NCBI RefSeq assembly: GCF_902459465.1
Contig: NC_047074.1
Span: 1,364,001-1,428,000 of the forward strand
DNA: 64,000 bases
Reading direction: 5' to 3'
Source: Asterias rubens
Taxonomy: Eukaryota
A model generated the notes under the pieces. It made no database searches. It was not told the origin of the DNA and saw only the letters and a program-made list of their open reading frames with translations. Both the position numbers and the translations under genes were made by a program. Shown here piece after piece: positions 25,330 to 38,072 of this stretch (positions are counted from its first letter, which is position 1; every line of letters starts with the position of its first letter).

Positions 25330-25830
25330 TCTGATGCAGAATGGCAAAGACCATGGGTTCGAATCCCACCCTTTGTATGTATCTTTACACAATACCCGGG
25401 AAAGTGTACTGAATGATTTAAACATATCAACGTATAAGGGTAACACAAATAATATATATAATTTAATAATTATGTAAAGTACTAAGCGGTTTTTTATATT
25501 ATTCATAAAACATCCACTTGATGAGACCGCGCTTTTAACAGCTACATTTGTACTTTATATATGTGACAACTAGACAAAATATGTGAAAAAATTCGTACTT
25601 GTTTGTAATATTACCGAAAGCTGAGTCTTCTACGGTTAGCAATTCCAATTTTATAAATAAAAGCGCCGCAAAAAATATATAATCGTCTATAGTTGGTAAG
25701 ACACTGCTCTTTATTGCAAAGGTCGTGTGTTCGAATCCAACCCGAGTTATATACCTGTGATTGCTTTTCCACAGAGCTCGGGAAAGTACTGAGTATACAG
25801 TGCTGACACACATCAGTACGGATAAACCAA
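25330..25830 (+). repeat. Two degenerate units of a tRNA-like-containing repeat
   Basis: gtaagac...gcaaag(a/g)(c/t)c(a/g)tg(g/t)gttcgaatcc(c/a)accc...gggaaagt(g)tactga at about 25323-25415 and 25686-25830; same family as 59925-60545 on the opposite strand. Confidence 0.6.
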
Positions 25831-25990
25831 AAATAATGTCAAACAAATATCTAAAAAAATGGAAAAACAAGCGAGACTGTGTCACTTTTGCAACGATCGA
25901 TTTTTAGCGATAGTTTGGCGATATTAAATTCTCATGGATGCATACTAATAGTACTTCAAGAACAGTGATAATTGCTGTTTAAACACTACA

Positions 25991-26373
25991 TTAAAGGCAG
26001 TGTACACTAATGGTAATTACTTAAAATAATTATTAGCAAAACAACTTACTTGGTAACGAGTAATGGGGAGCTGTTGGTAGTTATAAAACATTGTGAGAAA
26101 CGGCTCCCTGTGAAGTAACGTAGTTTTCGAGAAAGAAGTAATTTTCCACGAATTTAATTTCGAGACCTCAAAATTAAATCTTGAGGTCTCGAGCATCTGA
26201 AAGCACACAACTTAGTGTGACAGGGGTATTTTTCTTTCTTTCATTACAATATCGCAACTTCGACGACCACTTGACCTCAAACTTTCACAGTTTTTTTTAT
26301 ATGCATAATGTTGACATACACCAAGTGAGAAGACTGGTCTTTGAAAATTACCAATAGTGTCCAGTGTCTTTAA
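25991..26373. mobile_element. K1 MITE
   Basis: TTAA-AGGCAGTGTACAC ... GTGTCCAGTGTCT-TTAA. Confidence 0.85.
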
Positions 26374-26530
26374 ACACCACTTCCTCATATAACCTACAGC
26401 CCGGGTACAGTGCTTCATTTTGTAATAATGGCAGAAAACTGCGATAGAAAGAATAAGAATTAAAACTGAATATCTGCCTCCACTTTTTTAGGTGAAACCC
26501 ACGGCTCTCGCTTGGTCCTAGCTCTAACGC

Positions 26531-26930
26531 TCAAAGGCACCGGACACTGTCGGTAATTACTCAAAATTAAGCATGATGGAAACTTACTTTGTAACGAGCA
26601 ATGGAGAGTTGTTGATAGTATAAAATATTGTGAGAAACGACTCTCTCTTCTTAAGTAAACGTAGTTTTTGAGAAAGAGGTATTTTTAAAAAAGACTTTTA
26701 AAATTTGAGTTATAAATTATAACTCAAATTTTAAAAGTCTTTTTTGTAGGAATCTAAAAGCACGCACATAAATTGTGCAACACGGGTGTCTTTTGTTTCA
26801 TTATTCTCCTGCAACTTTGCTGACCAATTCAGTTAAAATGTTCACAGATTTGTTATTATGCGTAATGTTAAGACACAACAAGTGAGAGTAATGGCTTAGA
26901 CAATTTACCAAAGGTGTCCAGTGCCTTTAA
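26531..26930. mobile_element. K1 MITE
   Basis: tcaa-AGGCACCGGACAC ... GTGTCCAGTGCCT-TTAA. Confidence 0.8.
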
Positions 26931-27108
26931 TACACACAACCTTCTCGTTAATTATACTGACCCCTTAGAAGGCGTGTCTCTGTCGCTATCCAATTGACTT
27001 TTTGATTCAAAACCGTTCAGCTAGAAATCGATTTTGACTTCAAGTCAAGGACACTTAAAAGAAAACAATGAAGCGCCTAGTCGTACGAGGCTGCGTTTGG
27101 TATTACTC

Positions 27109-27197
27109 TTAAAGGCAGTGGACACTATTGGTAATTACTCAAAATAATTATTAGAATAAAACCTTTCTTGATTACGAGTAATGGGGAGAGGTTGATA
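27109..27197. mobile_element. K1 MITE, one end only
   Basis: TTAA-AGGCAGTGGACACTATTGGTAATTACTC..., truncated after about 90 bp. Confidence 0.75.
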
Positions 27198-27571
27198 GCC
27201 GAAGGCTAGGTCTGAACCGTGGTTTCGTAAATAGCCCTCGTTTAAATGTTGCCCTTTACTACTCCTAAAAAGTCACATGCCATTTTTGTTTGCAATTTTA
27301 TAATGTTTTGTTTTGACGTTCATATCACAAAAATAACCCAGTTAGTCACTAATAAAATTCCTTGCTGATGATGTAGGCTACTCGCACGGACGTTTAAATT
27401 GCCAGTTTTTTTGTGTGATGTCACTTTTGGCAAGTTGAAACAGTTTCGGCAAGACGTTACTCGTCAGTCCCACCATTGCGGACGTTAAAGCGAGTATATA
27501 AGAATGTTTGAGTTCTTTTAGTGTTCTAAAAGAAAACACAAGAGTTAAATAATTGCAAAATATAGTTTATT

Positions 27572-27610
27572 GCCTGACGTTTCGACCCTATAAGAATCTT
27601 TCTCGAAGGC
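27572..27610 (-). ncRNA. Penelope-type minimal hammerhead-like motif, variant core
   Basis: Minus strand GCCT-UCGAGAAA-GAUUCU uau AGGGUC-GAAA-CGUC-AGGC: stem I GCCU/AGGC, 6-bp stem II, GAAA and an ACGU palindrome; the CUGANGA box is non-canonical. Confidence 0.35.
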
Positions 27611-27745
27611 TTATAAAGAAATTGTTGTGTACTAACAACGCGTCTCACACAAACTTTATGAACATTAAAATGGCCAAGTGGCCTGAGGCATGTTGCCTTT
27701 TTGTAGTTGAAAGAAATGGATCGAACGTTACTTTTTACGGCAGCA

Positions 27746-28501
27746 TCACAGTTCGAAATAGATGCATTCCTTGTCAGAAATCACGTTGTCTCTGCCGGTG
27801 TTGATGAGGTGCGTTGCGTTGTTGAGTTGACAGACTCCACGTTGACTTCCCTGCCAGAGATTGAAGGAGCGGCAAAGAGGTTCGGTCCAGCAGGCTTCAC
27901 CGCACCCGATGACTCCCTTGGCCGGTACACTCCGGATTGCATGGTGTCGCAGACAATGTGGTGTGAAGCGGCCATCGTTACCGGCAACTAGCGTGTAGAT
28001 GTAGGGTTGCTGTTGCTTCATCTCACAAACTACGAAGTTTGCAGAGTTGCATATGAAGTGTTGCCATGTACCGTTGAACTTTAAAGCCATAAGAACACAC
28101 TCACCATATCCTAAATAGTTATAGGGATCAGGGGCCCACATATGGTCGACGAAATCCGGCTCTGTCGATTGATCATCACAAACAAGCATTTCTCCTTCGT
28201 ACTTGCAGCCGAGCCATAAAGCGCATGAAACGCCTATAACACAGTTAACTTCATTCTTTTTCTGGATGTTCACGTGAACAAAGTGATTTTCTTCAATAGA
28301 ATTCGGTACAAAAAGTCTGCTTTGCAGCACTCCACAGGCCCTCGATGCGTTGCTCCGATAAAGCTTCTCAGAAAGTAAGATGAAACATGAGTCACGCCAA
28401 TGTTTCCAGCCAGGAGGACAGTTAGCGTTGATAACGTGAAACACACCAATTACCAGTAAAATAGCTGACAAAGTGCCTCTGAGGTAAAATACACGGAACA
28501 T
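27746..28501 (-). CDS. Secreted C-type lectin domain + PAN/apple domain protein, intronless, copy 1 (251 aa)
   Basis: Signal-peptide-like MFRVFYLRGTLSAILLVIGVFHVINA; CTLD CPPGWKHWRDSCF...C...LW(L)G...ECV...WQHFIC...VVCE; PAN-like CGEACWTEPLCRSFN...CQLNN. Start Met chosen by alignment to copy 2. TATAAA at 28708-28703. Confidence 0.9.
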   Translation of the reverse strand: MFRVFYLRGTLSAILLVIGVFHVINANCPPGWKHWRDSCFILLSEKLYRSNASRACGVLQSRLFVPNSIEENHFVHVNIQKKNEVNCVIGVSCALWLGCKYEGEMLVCDDQSTEPDFVDHMWAPDPYNYLGYGECVLMALKFNGTWQHFICNSANFVVCEMKQQQPYIYTLVAGNDGRFTPHCLRHHAIRSVPAKGVIGCGEACWTEPLCRSFNLWQGSQRGVCQLNNATHLINTGRDNVISDKECIYFEL

Positions 28502-29332
28502 GATTGTAAGACGATAAAGTATTACATGCAGAACTTGCGTTGCCGCCTCCGACCGAACACCCAACTTCTCAGTCTGCTCAGATGACGATGACGATGACTG
28601 AAGACTTGCCGCTTGTAACTGCAGCTTCATCATGGGCACAGGAAAGGTGTTGTCATAGAAACCACAACAAGAAGGCGCCGCCAACGTCTGAAACAATGCA
28701 GATTTATAGGGAGACGTCACCTGTTCTTATCTACAAGGAAAAGGACAGGTATATTGATTCTACAGAACAGGTTATACAATTGGAAACAATGAACACAGTA
28801 TGTACATGCATATAATGATGTTTTATATTTAAAACTGACGTACAATTTAACAGCGAAATGGATGCGAGATCAAGGGTACATCCGTAATACCTCACCGTCA
28901 GGATCTTGCCGTAGGCGTAAGTATATCTCGGTTCCGTTGCTTAATTAAGTAGACATTTTCGCAGGAACAAAATGATATTGACTATTGCATAAAAATTGTT
29001 TATAACAAACAAAGACTGTAAGTGACTCAATGGCAATGAGCAAACAGTGTGTTTACTTTATGTGCGGGGCATTATATTATAGATTAGTTGACAAAGAAGT
29101 CTGGGATATGTGATTGTTTGGCATATTTCAACAGAGGGCGATATACAGGGTGTAGCTTTCAACAAAGGCTTCACTTGCTGTTAGCCATGACATAACACCT
29201 CAACAAAATTAAACCCAACCCCCCCCCCCCCACGAAAAAAAAGGCACTGAACAACTTGTTCTTGTACGCCGTCGATACGCTGGAAAGAATTCACTGTTTA
29301 CAGCAACCAAACACACTCAGAAGAAGGCAGTG

Positions 29333-29680
29333 TTAAAGGCCTGCACACTTTTGGTAATTACTCAAAATATTTATCTACGTAACTAGGAAGGGAGAACTGT
29401 TGATAGAACAACGACTGTGAGAAACGGCTCCCTCTGTAGTCTTTGTAGAAAGAGGTAACTCCTCACTCAAATATTTGAATCTGATCGAAAGGTAATCAGG
29501 CCTCTGAAGCCTTTTTAGGCTCTGTGTAACAAGGGTGTTTTTTCTTTCAAAATTCTCTTGCAACCTCGATGACCAATGGAGTCCAAACTTTCACAGATTT
29601 GTTATTTTTGTTGGAATAGACGAAGTATTTAAATTAATGGTCTTTGACAATTAATTATCGAACGTGTCCAGCGCCTTTAA
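29333..29680. mobile_element. K1 MITE (diverged)
   Basis: TTAA-AGGCCTGCACAC...ggtaattactc ... GTGTCCAGCGCCT-TTAA. Confidence 0.75.
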
Positions 29681-31483
29681 AGAACGCGCGGACAATACAG
29701 TATGAACACTGGTCACACTCCTTGCACACACGGACGGGACGGATGTAGTCGCACCATGGTTCGAATCCCCATTGGTAACGTTGTCTGCGTGAACTGGTGC
29801 GTGACCTGGTATGTTATACGATAGGTCAGCAACATTTTTCTCAATGGCAAGCAATGCTTCTTAGTTAGGCCGTGTCACATGTTTTGTACGAACTCCTTAA
29901 CCTGACCAAAATGATTCTAAGAGTTGTATTCACATTCTGACTTCGAAACATGTACAAACACAGAAGCAGTGATGACAAGGGCAAAATGGTGCTGGGATTG
30001 TACAACATCAGAGTCTTGCGAAAGCTAGTGGTATTGTAGATTGCACGTCCAACATTCGGTAAGCACAAAAAACGTTTAGTAATTATAGGCAACAAAACTT
30101 TGCCGATATACCTAGTGTAGCCTATACCCAGGCCGGTTTCGTAAGGAAATATTTAACCCGGGAGATTCTGTCCGCCATTGAAACATGGGCTGAAGAATGT
30201 TGATCAAAAGAGGGCGCTATCGGAATATTATTGGTACACATTGAGCTGTATAGAGTGTGGGGGGGGGGGGGACATCATCTCCGGTGAACCTCCTGCCTCA
30301 TCAGCCAAGCAGTGTTTTGGGGAACGTGACCGCTCGTTGCTGGCTTTTTTTTTTTTGGGGGGGGGGGGGGAGATTTCCGTATCCTGCCAGCATTTAAGGG
30401 GCTTTTAAGATCCCATGTTTTCTATTTCAATATACTATTTTTTAGATTCCATTGAGCTCGCATTTTCGGTAGAATCCGATTAACATGAATGTAGACCTAA
30501 ATACCATAAACCACTAAGATTAATATTTGGATGAGTAAACAGTATGTTTCAAAATGTCCTTCATGAGTCAGAACAGCCAAATCCTTCCGGTCACCCCACC
30601 CCCTCTCCCCTCGCGCGCCCCGCGTGACAAGGGTCAAGGGCAACTACAAAACAACCTGGCCCAGCGTCGTTCCAAGGCAATGCTTGCCAAAAGTCCCCTT
30701 CAATGTTGACATCCGTGTATTATACATAAATATTTGTTGGTTGGCATCTGTCTGTCTAGAATATTGCCCAGTACGGCTGAGCAATCCAATCGTAGTAGGC
30801 ATGTAACAGTTGCTTCAGATTAGTGTGGTTGACTGTGTGGTTGACTGTGTGGTTGTTGACTGTTGTCGACGCTCCCTTTTCGCCTCCCACTGTTCAACTC
30901 TCCTTTATAACTACACACGCTAGCCCTACCGTAGCCCCCTCCTGTGTTACCACTCTGACCTTTAATTAGCAGGGAGGTCAAAGCTATTCATAAGTTTTGA
31001 TAAATCACTGACCCATTGAGTTAGCTGGCTGTACTAAGTGTCCATAAGTACAATACCACGTTTTGACCTAATTATATTCCGATCCAAGTAGAAAACGAAC
31101 CTTTGATCTCGCACTTTAATCTATTGTGTATTATTTACCTCCAAGTTAGTGTGCGATAGCGCTTTTTAAAGGGACCGTACGCCTATAAAAATTAAGATAA
31201 TTACAAAAAAGTCTATGATTATTTCAAATCAAAACGTGCTAGCGTTTTTTGAAGTAATATCGCCGAAAATCCAGAGCGGTAAATATATGTTCCACGCAGG
31301 AAGAATAATAAGAAATCGAAATACAATATGGCTACCGAATCTGAAACTTATATCTGAGTGTAACGTTTCTGAGATTCAATTCTAGGGAACGAAAACATAT
31401 CTTTTTTCCATAACCACAAAGCGAAAAGGTTCGTGAGACTGTTGGCTACTTCAAACTATTAGAGAGTTTTTCTTGCTATTAAT

Positions 31484-31852
31484 TTAAAGACAGTGGACAC
31501 TATTGGTAACTGTCAAAGACTAGTCTTCTCATTTGGTGTATCTCAACATATGCACAATTGGTCGTCGAAGTTGTAAGATTATAATGGAAGGAAAAACACC
31601 TTTGTCACACAAAGTTGTATGCTTTCAGACGCTTGATTTTGGGACATCAAAATCTCATTCTGAGTTCTCGAAATCAAATTCAAATAATATTAGTGGAAAA
31701 TTACTTCTTTCATGAAAACTACGCAACTTCAGTTCAGGGGAGCTGTTTCTCACAATGTTTTATACTATCAACAGCTCCCCGTTGCTTGTTACCAAGTAAA
31801 TTTTTACCAACAATTATTTTGAGTAATTACCAATAGTGTCCGGTACCTTTAA
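31484..31852. mobile_element. K1 MITE
   Basis: TTAA-AGACAGTGGACAC ... GTGTCCGGTACCT-TTAA. Confidence 0.85.
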
Positions 31853-32374
31853 ATTGCGAGATAACCTTGTAAACATAATTTCACGAGCTGCGTCCACACA
31901 CAGCGTGTATTTGTTGTTATACGTTTACGATGTGTACATACTACATGAACTATTAGTACAGTCCACTGGCAGAGTCCTAGATCGTAAAATCATGGGAGAT
32001 ATAGATTCAACCAGTTGCAGGCCGAACTACAGTGAATTAAAGGTGAGTTTATCATGTTCCGCCATTTATAATGGGCTTTTAAAAGGTGGTTTCTTTACAT
32101 CTTAGCTTGATTGTTAGTTGTATAGATTATGCTTATACTCGGACACGAATTGACCCAGGCCTAACAGTCTAAAGTGTACACTAATGCTTTCAAAATTGTT
32201 TTGATTTTTCAATTCAATTCAATTCAAAACTATTGCATTCAGGGATAAATGATATACGGTAGATTGGATACAGTTGGTTTGGTTAAGTGGATGGGTCTTC
32301 GGCAAACTAGGGCTTGTCCAGTATTAGAGATCCCCCATGATGTGTAGCTTACAATAAAAGTCTGGAAGTTCATC

Positions 32375-32509
32375 TTAGGCCGTGTCCGAAACGACGACTT
32401 CGGCTACAGCTACGTCTAGATCAGCGCGTCTACCAGTGTTAAAGAATAGGCAGACGCGCGCGATCTAGCCGTAGCTGTAGCCGAAGTCGCCGTTTCGGAC
32501 ACGGCCTTA
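32375..32509. mobile_element. PIF/Harbinger (Tourist)-like palindromic MITE
   Basis: TTA-GGCCGTGTCCGAAACG...acttcggctacagctacg ... cgtagctgtagccgaagt...CGTTTCGGACACGGCC-TTA; 3-bp TTA duplication, near-complete hairpin. Confidence 0.85.
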
Positions 32510-33049
32510 GAGAGGGAAAGGCCTATTTCAATCTGCAATGGGAACTTCCATAAACTATTGAGGGGGTATACCAAGGCCACCATCTGGTGTATTTAGAGGT
32601 CAAGTATGGCCTGCCTCCGGGTGATCTTAGGCCTGTGGTTGACGGGTATTAAGTTGTGCAGAGAACTTGGTTTTTGTAAATAAAATTATATGTAAGTTAC
32701 ACAAGTACTCGGACGATGACAAGTGCTGTAATTATATTTGTTTTTAATGGACCCGGCTTTTGCTACTCATTGTAATAATACATTACTAAATTAGAACAAA
32801 ATCAAAATGTGATCGTCACTAATGTGTGCGTTATAAACTCCGCATTGGAATCGGAGGACCCACGGGTATAACAAGTCAATATTAAAAATAAAATTTATTG
32901 ACATCCAGTGTTTTACGAGAGGGGTTCTCTCATAAACAGTACCGTGTACCTTAGCATTTTGATGGCCATTGTTGCATCTTCAGCATCTTTTATTTATTAC
33001 AGATTATGAAGGAATTCCTTTAATCGATTAAAATTGTAATAAACCACAG

Positions 33050-36000
33050 ATGGATAATGAAACGATTGCTCGTGACGCAAATGGAACAGAAACGCGAGAC
33101 AGTGATGGGATTGAAAAGATGGAAATACACGAAGCTCCAGATGGTGGCAGCGGTGGGATCAGTGAGAATTCAGCTCATTGGGGCACCAAGCGAATCTTCA
33201 AGAACCTCCTGGTCATCTGCCTGTGCTTCATGTGCCTATTCACGGCCTTCCAAGCTCTCTCTAACCTCCAGAGCAGCATCAACTGTGATGCCGGTCTCGG
33301 ATTGGCCTCTTTGAGCACAATCTACGCAACCCTGGTCGTATCCGCTATTTTCATTCCCTCAATCACTATCCGGTACTTGGGTATGAAATGGACGATAGCA
33401 GCTGCCACGCTCTGCTATGCAGTCTACATAGCTGCTAATTTCTACCCATCATGGGCGACCCTGATCCCTACGTCCGCGCTGCTGGGTCTTTCAGCCGCTC
33501 CACTGTGGGCTGCAAAGAGCACCTACGTCACGACTATCGGAAAAAGGTACGCCTTGATTTCAGGGAACACAGAGAACGCCATCATCAACAGGTTCTTTGG
33601 TATCTTCTTCCTCTTCTTCCAGTCCAGTCAAGTATTGGGAAACTTAATATCTTCATTGGTCTTACGACAGGATACTAGCGAAGACGTCACTGGAGAATTC
33701 GTCTGTGGTGCCAATGACTGCCCAGCCGGTAAGAAAATTTATTCGAATAACACTCTATTCCCGGGTCAGCTGACCCGGAATCTGGGTACCAGGGGACAGT
33801 CTGGTGACCCGCGGAAACTGGTTAAACATTTGAAGTTGTCTCTGATTCTTCGTCAACTTGATAAATTTCTGGGTCATTTTGACACAGATTCCGGGTACAA
33901 GCCCAACCGATTTTGGGTCAGTCTGACCCGGACACTGTTCTGAAAGAAAAATGGAAGGTTGTCTCGTATTCTTCGTCAACTTGAATCAGAAAACATATGC
34001 ATCTTAAAGCACACAAGGTATCGCAAAAGGGTGTTTTTTATTTTAATATTCTCAGATTGCAAAGTCTATGACCTATTGAGCCAAAATGTTCACAGGTTTG
34101 TTATTTTATGCATATGTTGGGACACACCAAGTGAAAAAACTGGTCCTCTAAAGTTTTCTATTTTGAATGTAAATAAAATAATAAAATCCCTTTCGTTTGT
34201 CTGTGCAACCTTGTTTTTTTTCTTTCTCCGGACAGCACCAGATGAAAACGTTACGAGTTACTGCAACCCACCAGATAAGAGTGTCACAAACACCCTTATT
34301 GGTATCTATCTTGGAAGTGGTCTGGCAGCTGGGCTCATCGTGTCAATCTTTCTAGATAGGTAATGCTCTGGGCCCAATTTCATAGATCTGCTTAAGCAAA
34401 ATAATGCTTAGTAAAATCGGAATACCGGCCAAGACTCCACTCCATTGTTATGCGAAGTAAACAATAGCTCAAGTCACAAGCAATGTATATAGCATGAAAT
34501 TTTGGCCAGTAACTTGTGTAAAATAAGCAAGCTGATTTCGTGCTTAACCCAAATTGTTTGCTTAAGCAGCTCTATGAAATTGGCCCCTGTTGTGCTCATG
34601 AAAACTGTAAAGCGACCTCACACCACGCCATGTTTGGAAGTTGTTGAAAGAATGTAAACACACAATTTTCTTTCATCATTCTCTTGCAACTTCAACTACC
34701 AATTGAGTCCAAATTTTCACAGGCTTGTTATTTCATGCATATGCTGGGATACACCAAGTGAGAATACTGGTCTTTGAATTACCACACCTTTTTTCTTTGT
34801 AGACTTCAAACCAGCCGGAGAACGCAGACAGAGAACCCAGGCCAGCTTTTTCTGGCCACTCTGCGTCTGTTAAAAGACTACAGAATGATTCTCCTAGTCC
34901 CTTTGACGATTTACAGTGGGCTGGAGCAGGGGTTTATCACGGGCGATTTCACAAGGGTAAGAACGATAAGTTATTTATGAGTTTATTAAACTCTAACATT
35001 GAGGGACTCGAGGGTGCATGAACCCGCGACCATTATGAGTAGGTTGTTGAATTGCGTGTCATGGCCTAGAGGTTAAAGATCACCGGATTCAAGCTCTGGT
35101 GTTTCTGGTCAGCACACAGTGTGGGTTCGAATCTCAGACGTGAAACCTGTCTCCTATAAAAGCAAGATAACCATGATGCTTTTTCCCTTCGAATTGGGCG
35201 TAAAGCCGTTGGTCTTGTATGTTGTGTAACGCACGTAAAAAGAAGCCAGTGCACTTAACGAAAAGAGGAGGCGTACGTCCCGGTGTTCCTGGTTTGATAG
35301 GCAGCATTCTGTGCAAAAATAAATCAAACTACCGGTTCATAAATTTATAAATGCCTGGTAATGACAGTAAAACACATGCATGTGATTTTTCAATCTTAAA
35401 TTAAACTTTTTTTTTAATTGACATAACTATTAGTGTCAAACAGGAGACTTAAAAAAAATATATCAAACTGTGTTACTTTGATTTTTCCCTTGTCATGCAG
35501 TCTTATGTGACGTGCACCGTGGGTGTTAGCTGGGTTGGTTACGTCATGATTTGTTACGGTGTAACGGACGCTCTCTGCTCATTCTTTGCCGGGCGATTGG
35601 TCAAACACATTGGTCGGGTACCACTCTTCACCTTCGGTGCCGTCATGCAAATGACGTTGATATTTACCCTCATCTTCTGGGTGCCGAACAAGGACCAACT
35701 AGCTGTGTTGTTTGTAATCGCAGCGTGTTGGGGTATGGCTGATGCCGTGTGGCAAACGCAAATTAATGGTGAGTAATTTCGGGATGACGTTTTCTCAATA
35801 AAGTGCGCCACCCAGAGCTTGCTACGGAGAGATTGTTGGTGACTGCTTGAGATCAAACTCTTTGTAGTGTGCTACTCTGAAAATTGAAAGAAATCAGTGT
35901 GCTCTTCAGCACACGATTAAGCCTCGCATTCCCTGTACTTGAAGAGTGTGCGGCTGCGCGCTGGAATCGGATTTTAGGTCATGGAAGCCGGCTGCCTTTA

Positions 36001-36649
36001 TAGAAATTATTTATGCATGACAGCTCTGTGAAGTTAAAACCAATACAGAGAGTAATACTTTTAATTATAATTAATGCAGATCTAAACTGCTTACCAACCA
36101 AAGTGAATATTGTATAAATGCAAAAAGTTTGTACATGTATGGGTGGACCTTTTAACCCTAGCAGCGTCTTCCCCGCGGGCTAAAGTTATAGTGAATATAA
36201 AATAATAATAAATCTTAAAAACCGATTTATAATGAACTTGGCTCACATGAATGTTCTACGATTTATTCTTATTTATCTATTTGCTTATTGATTCATTCAT
36301 TGGTTGATTTATTTATCTATTTTGTTCATTGATTGGTTAGTTGACTATAACTATTTTTTGTATTAAAATGTATATTTTTTGCATAACAGCGCTGTATGGT
36401 ATACTTTTCACCGACAAGCAAGAGGCTGCTTTCTCCAACTACCGTCTGTGGGAAAGTGTCGGATTTACAGTCTCTTTCGCCTACAGTAACTACCTGTGTG
36501 TGTGGATCAAACTGGCCATTCTCGCCACTGTCCTGGTCTTCGGAATCGGCTTCTATTATATCATCGAAATGAAGGCATATTTGGCGAGAAAAAGAGCGGA
36601 GAAAACAAAAACTGCTTCTGTCAAGAAAGCTCAGACAGATTTGTCATAG
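33050..36649 (+). CDS. UNC93A: UNC-93 family MFS-like membrane protein, UNC93A-like (494 aa)
   Basis: Exons 33050-33728, 34236-34359, 34803-34956, 35501-35768, 36390-36649 (1485 nt, phases 1/2/0/1 consistent). Motifs FTAFQALSNLQSSIN, GLSAAPLWAAKSTYVT, FFGIFFLFFQSSQVLGNLISS, YSGLEQGF, DAVWQTQIN, EAAFSNYRLWES. Confidence 0.93.
33753..33940. repeat. Fold-back element with GGGTCAGxTGACCCGG motifs in UNC93A intron 1
   Basis: ccgggtcagctgacccgg near the left end and gggtcagtctgacccgg near the right end; related ccgggtca/gacccgg motifs at 6476-6545 and 23055-23130. Confidence 0.5.
34370..34589. mobile_element. Harbinger-like MITE (GGCCCAATTTCATAG family)
   Basis: ctg-GGCCCAATTTCATAGatctgcttaagc ... 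gcttaagcagCTCTATGAAATTGGCCC-ctg; related partial copies near 3230-3300, 9120-9305, 14900-15070, 54720-54800. Confidence 0.75.
35054..35312 (+). mobile_element. tRNA-derived SINE
   Basis: A-box-like tggcctagaggtta and B-box gggttcgaatct; same head as 51933, 54322 and 54661. Confidence 0.7.
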
Positions 36650-38072
36650 TTGTCTTTTTCTCTGTGGGGTTTGGGATGCCCAAAACACGGACATTGTTTT
36701 GTGGTATCATGTTGACGGTATTGGTAAAAAAATATGCCATCCTGTTTTTTTCGCTTAATAATCGATGTAACTACAGTATTGAAATAAAATAACACAGCCG
36801 AACACAGTTTGTCTCAACATGGTGTGATTTTTTGTTCCCTTCCCTTTTACGACTATAGCATGCGTACATTTCCTTGTGTTCCCTTTGACTTCTATAGTAA
36901 CTTTGACTCACTTTTTACACTTATTCGTTTACCAGCTTTTTGGTGTGTGTGACGTTGTGCTCATCAGGAGACAACACCAGATAAAGTTAGATTAACTTCC
37001 AACTGAATATCAATTTTTGTTAATTTGCCCTTCGGATTGATTTTAGAACGAGAGGTCTAAAATGCTTTGTAAATGAACGCTTGTGTAAACTTTTGAATTG
37101 AAAAGGGGCACCATCTTTTTACAGTTAGAGATGGACAGGGGATTATTGGTCGAGCTTGCTACTTAGACAATCACCAGGAATCAGCTTGCTTAATTCAGCA
37201 TACGAATTTTAAGAAAGTGTTCAATATTTACTGACAGTTTAAACTGCCTCTTTTTTTCAAGATATCGTCAAAATGTTGTAAGCATAAAATCGTTATTTGG
37301 AAATAAATCCCGATATCAGAGTATTTTGTGGGGCGAACGTCAAATCAAAACGTGATGATAGTAGATAAATTGCAAACAAAAAGTGAAGGTGATTTTCGCG
37401 CGTCCGCATAGAATCTTTTGGTTAAAATGGGAATGCTGAATGCATGGTTAGTTTAAAAAAAATTCATACGTGATAACCCTTTATACGGGTATCATTATGA
37501 CCTCACTTGAACTTATTTTCGTCCGTTGTATAATATATAATATATATAATTTTCCCATTAAATTAGCTGGGAGTGATATTTGTTTTCAAAACAACCACCA
37601 CAATCAACGCAAAACCATAGGTAAAGTCCGTCCTTTTGAGTGAAAAATTATTGCTCTTCACAACGAACAAAAACAACTTAGGGACGTCTCTAATTGTATC
37701 TTTCTTTTAGTTGAGTTGACTAGTTGCATAATTAACCAAATTCACCCCCCCCCCCCTCTTTGTTAGCCTGGACGCACTTCGTCTTTTTCACACAGCTACC
37801 AGACGAGAAAACCTTGGCCTATGCGTCTCTTTCACTAACGAGGCATTGGTGCAAAGAGGTATTGTTATTTCTAAAATATAATTCTGTACTACCAGATGTT
37901 GGCGGCGCCTTTTTGTTTACGGTTTCTATGACAACACTTTTACTGTGCCTAGGACGAAGCTGCAATTACGAGCGACAGTTAGTCTTCAGTCATCGTCCTC
38001 TGAGCAGACTGGGAAGTTTAGTGTTCTGAGGCTACGCAAATTCTGCACGTAACACTTCATCGTCTTACAATC

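Noticed and set aside
28502-28720. 73-aa N-terminal extension of the lectin ORF in the track (324 aa)
   Set aside because: Not kept as a Met-initiated ORF in copy 2, overlaps the TATA-like element, and the signal peptide begins at Met 28501.
33050-36649. UNC93B1-like TLR chaperone role
   Set aside because: Length and motifs fit the UNC93A/unc-93 type; nothing in the sequence supports TLR trafficking, and adjacency to immune genes may be incidental.
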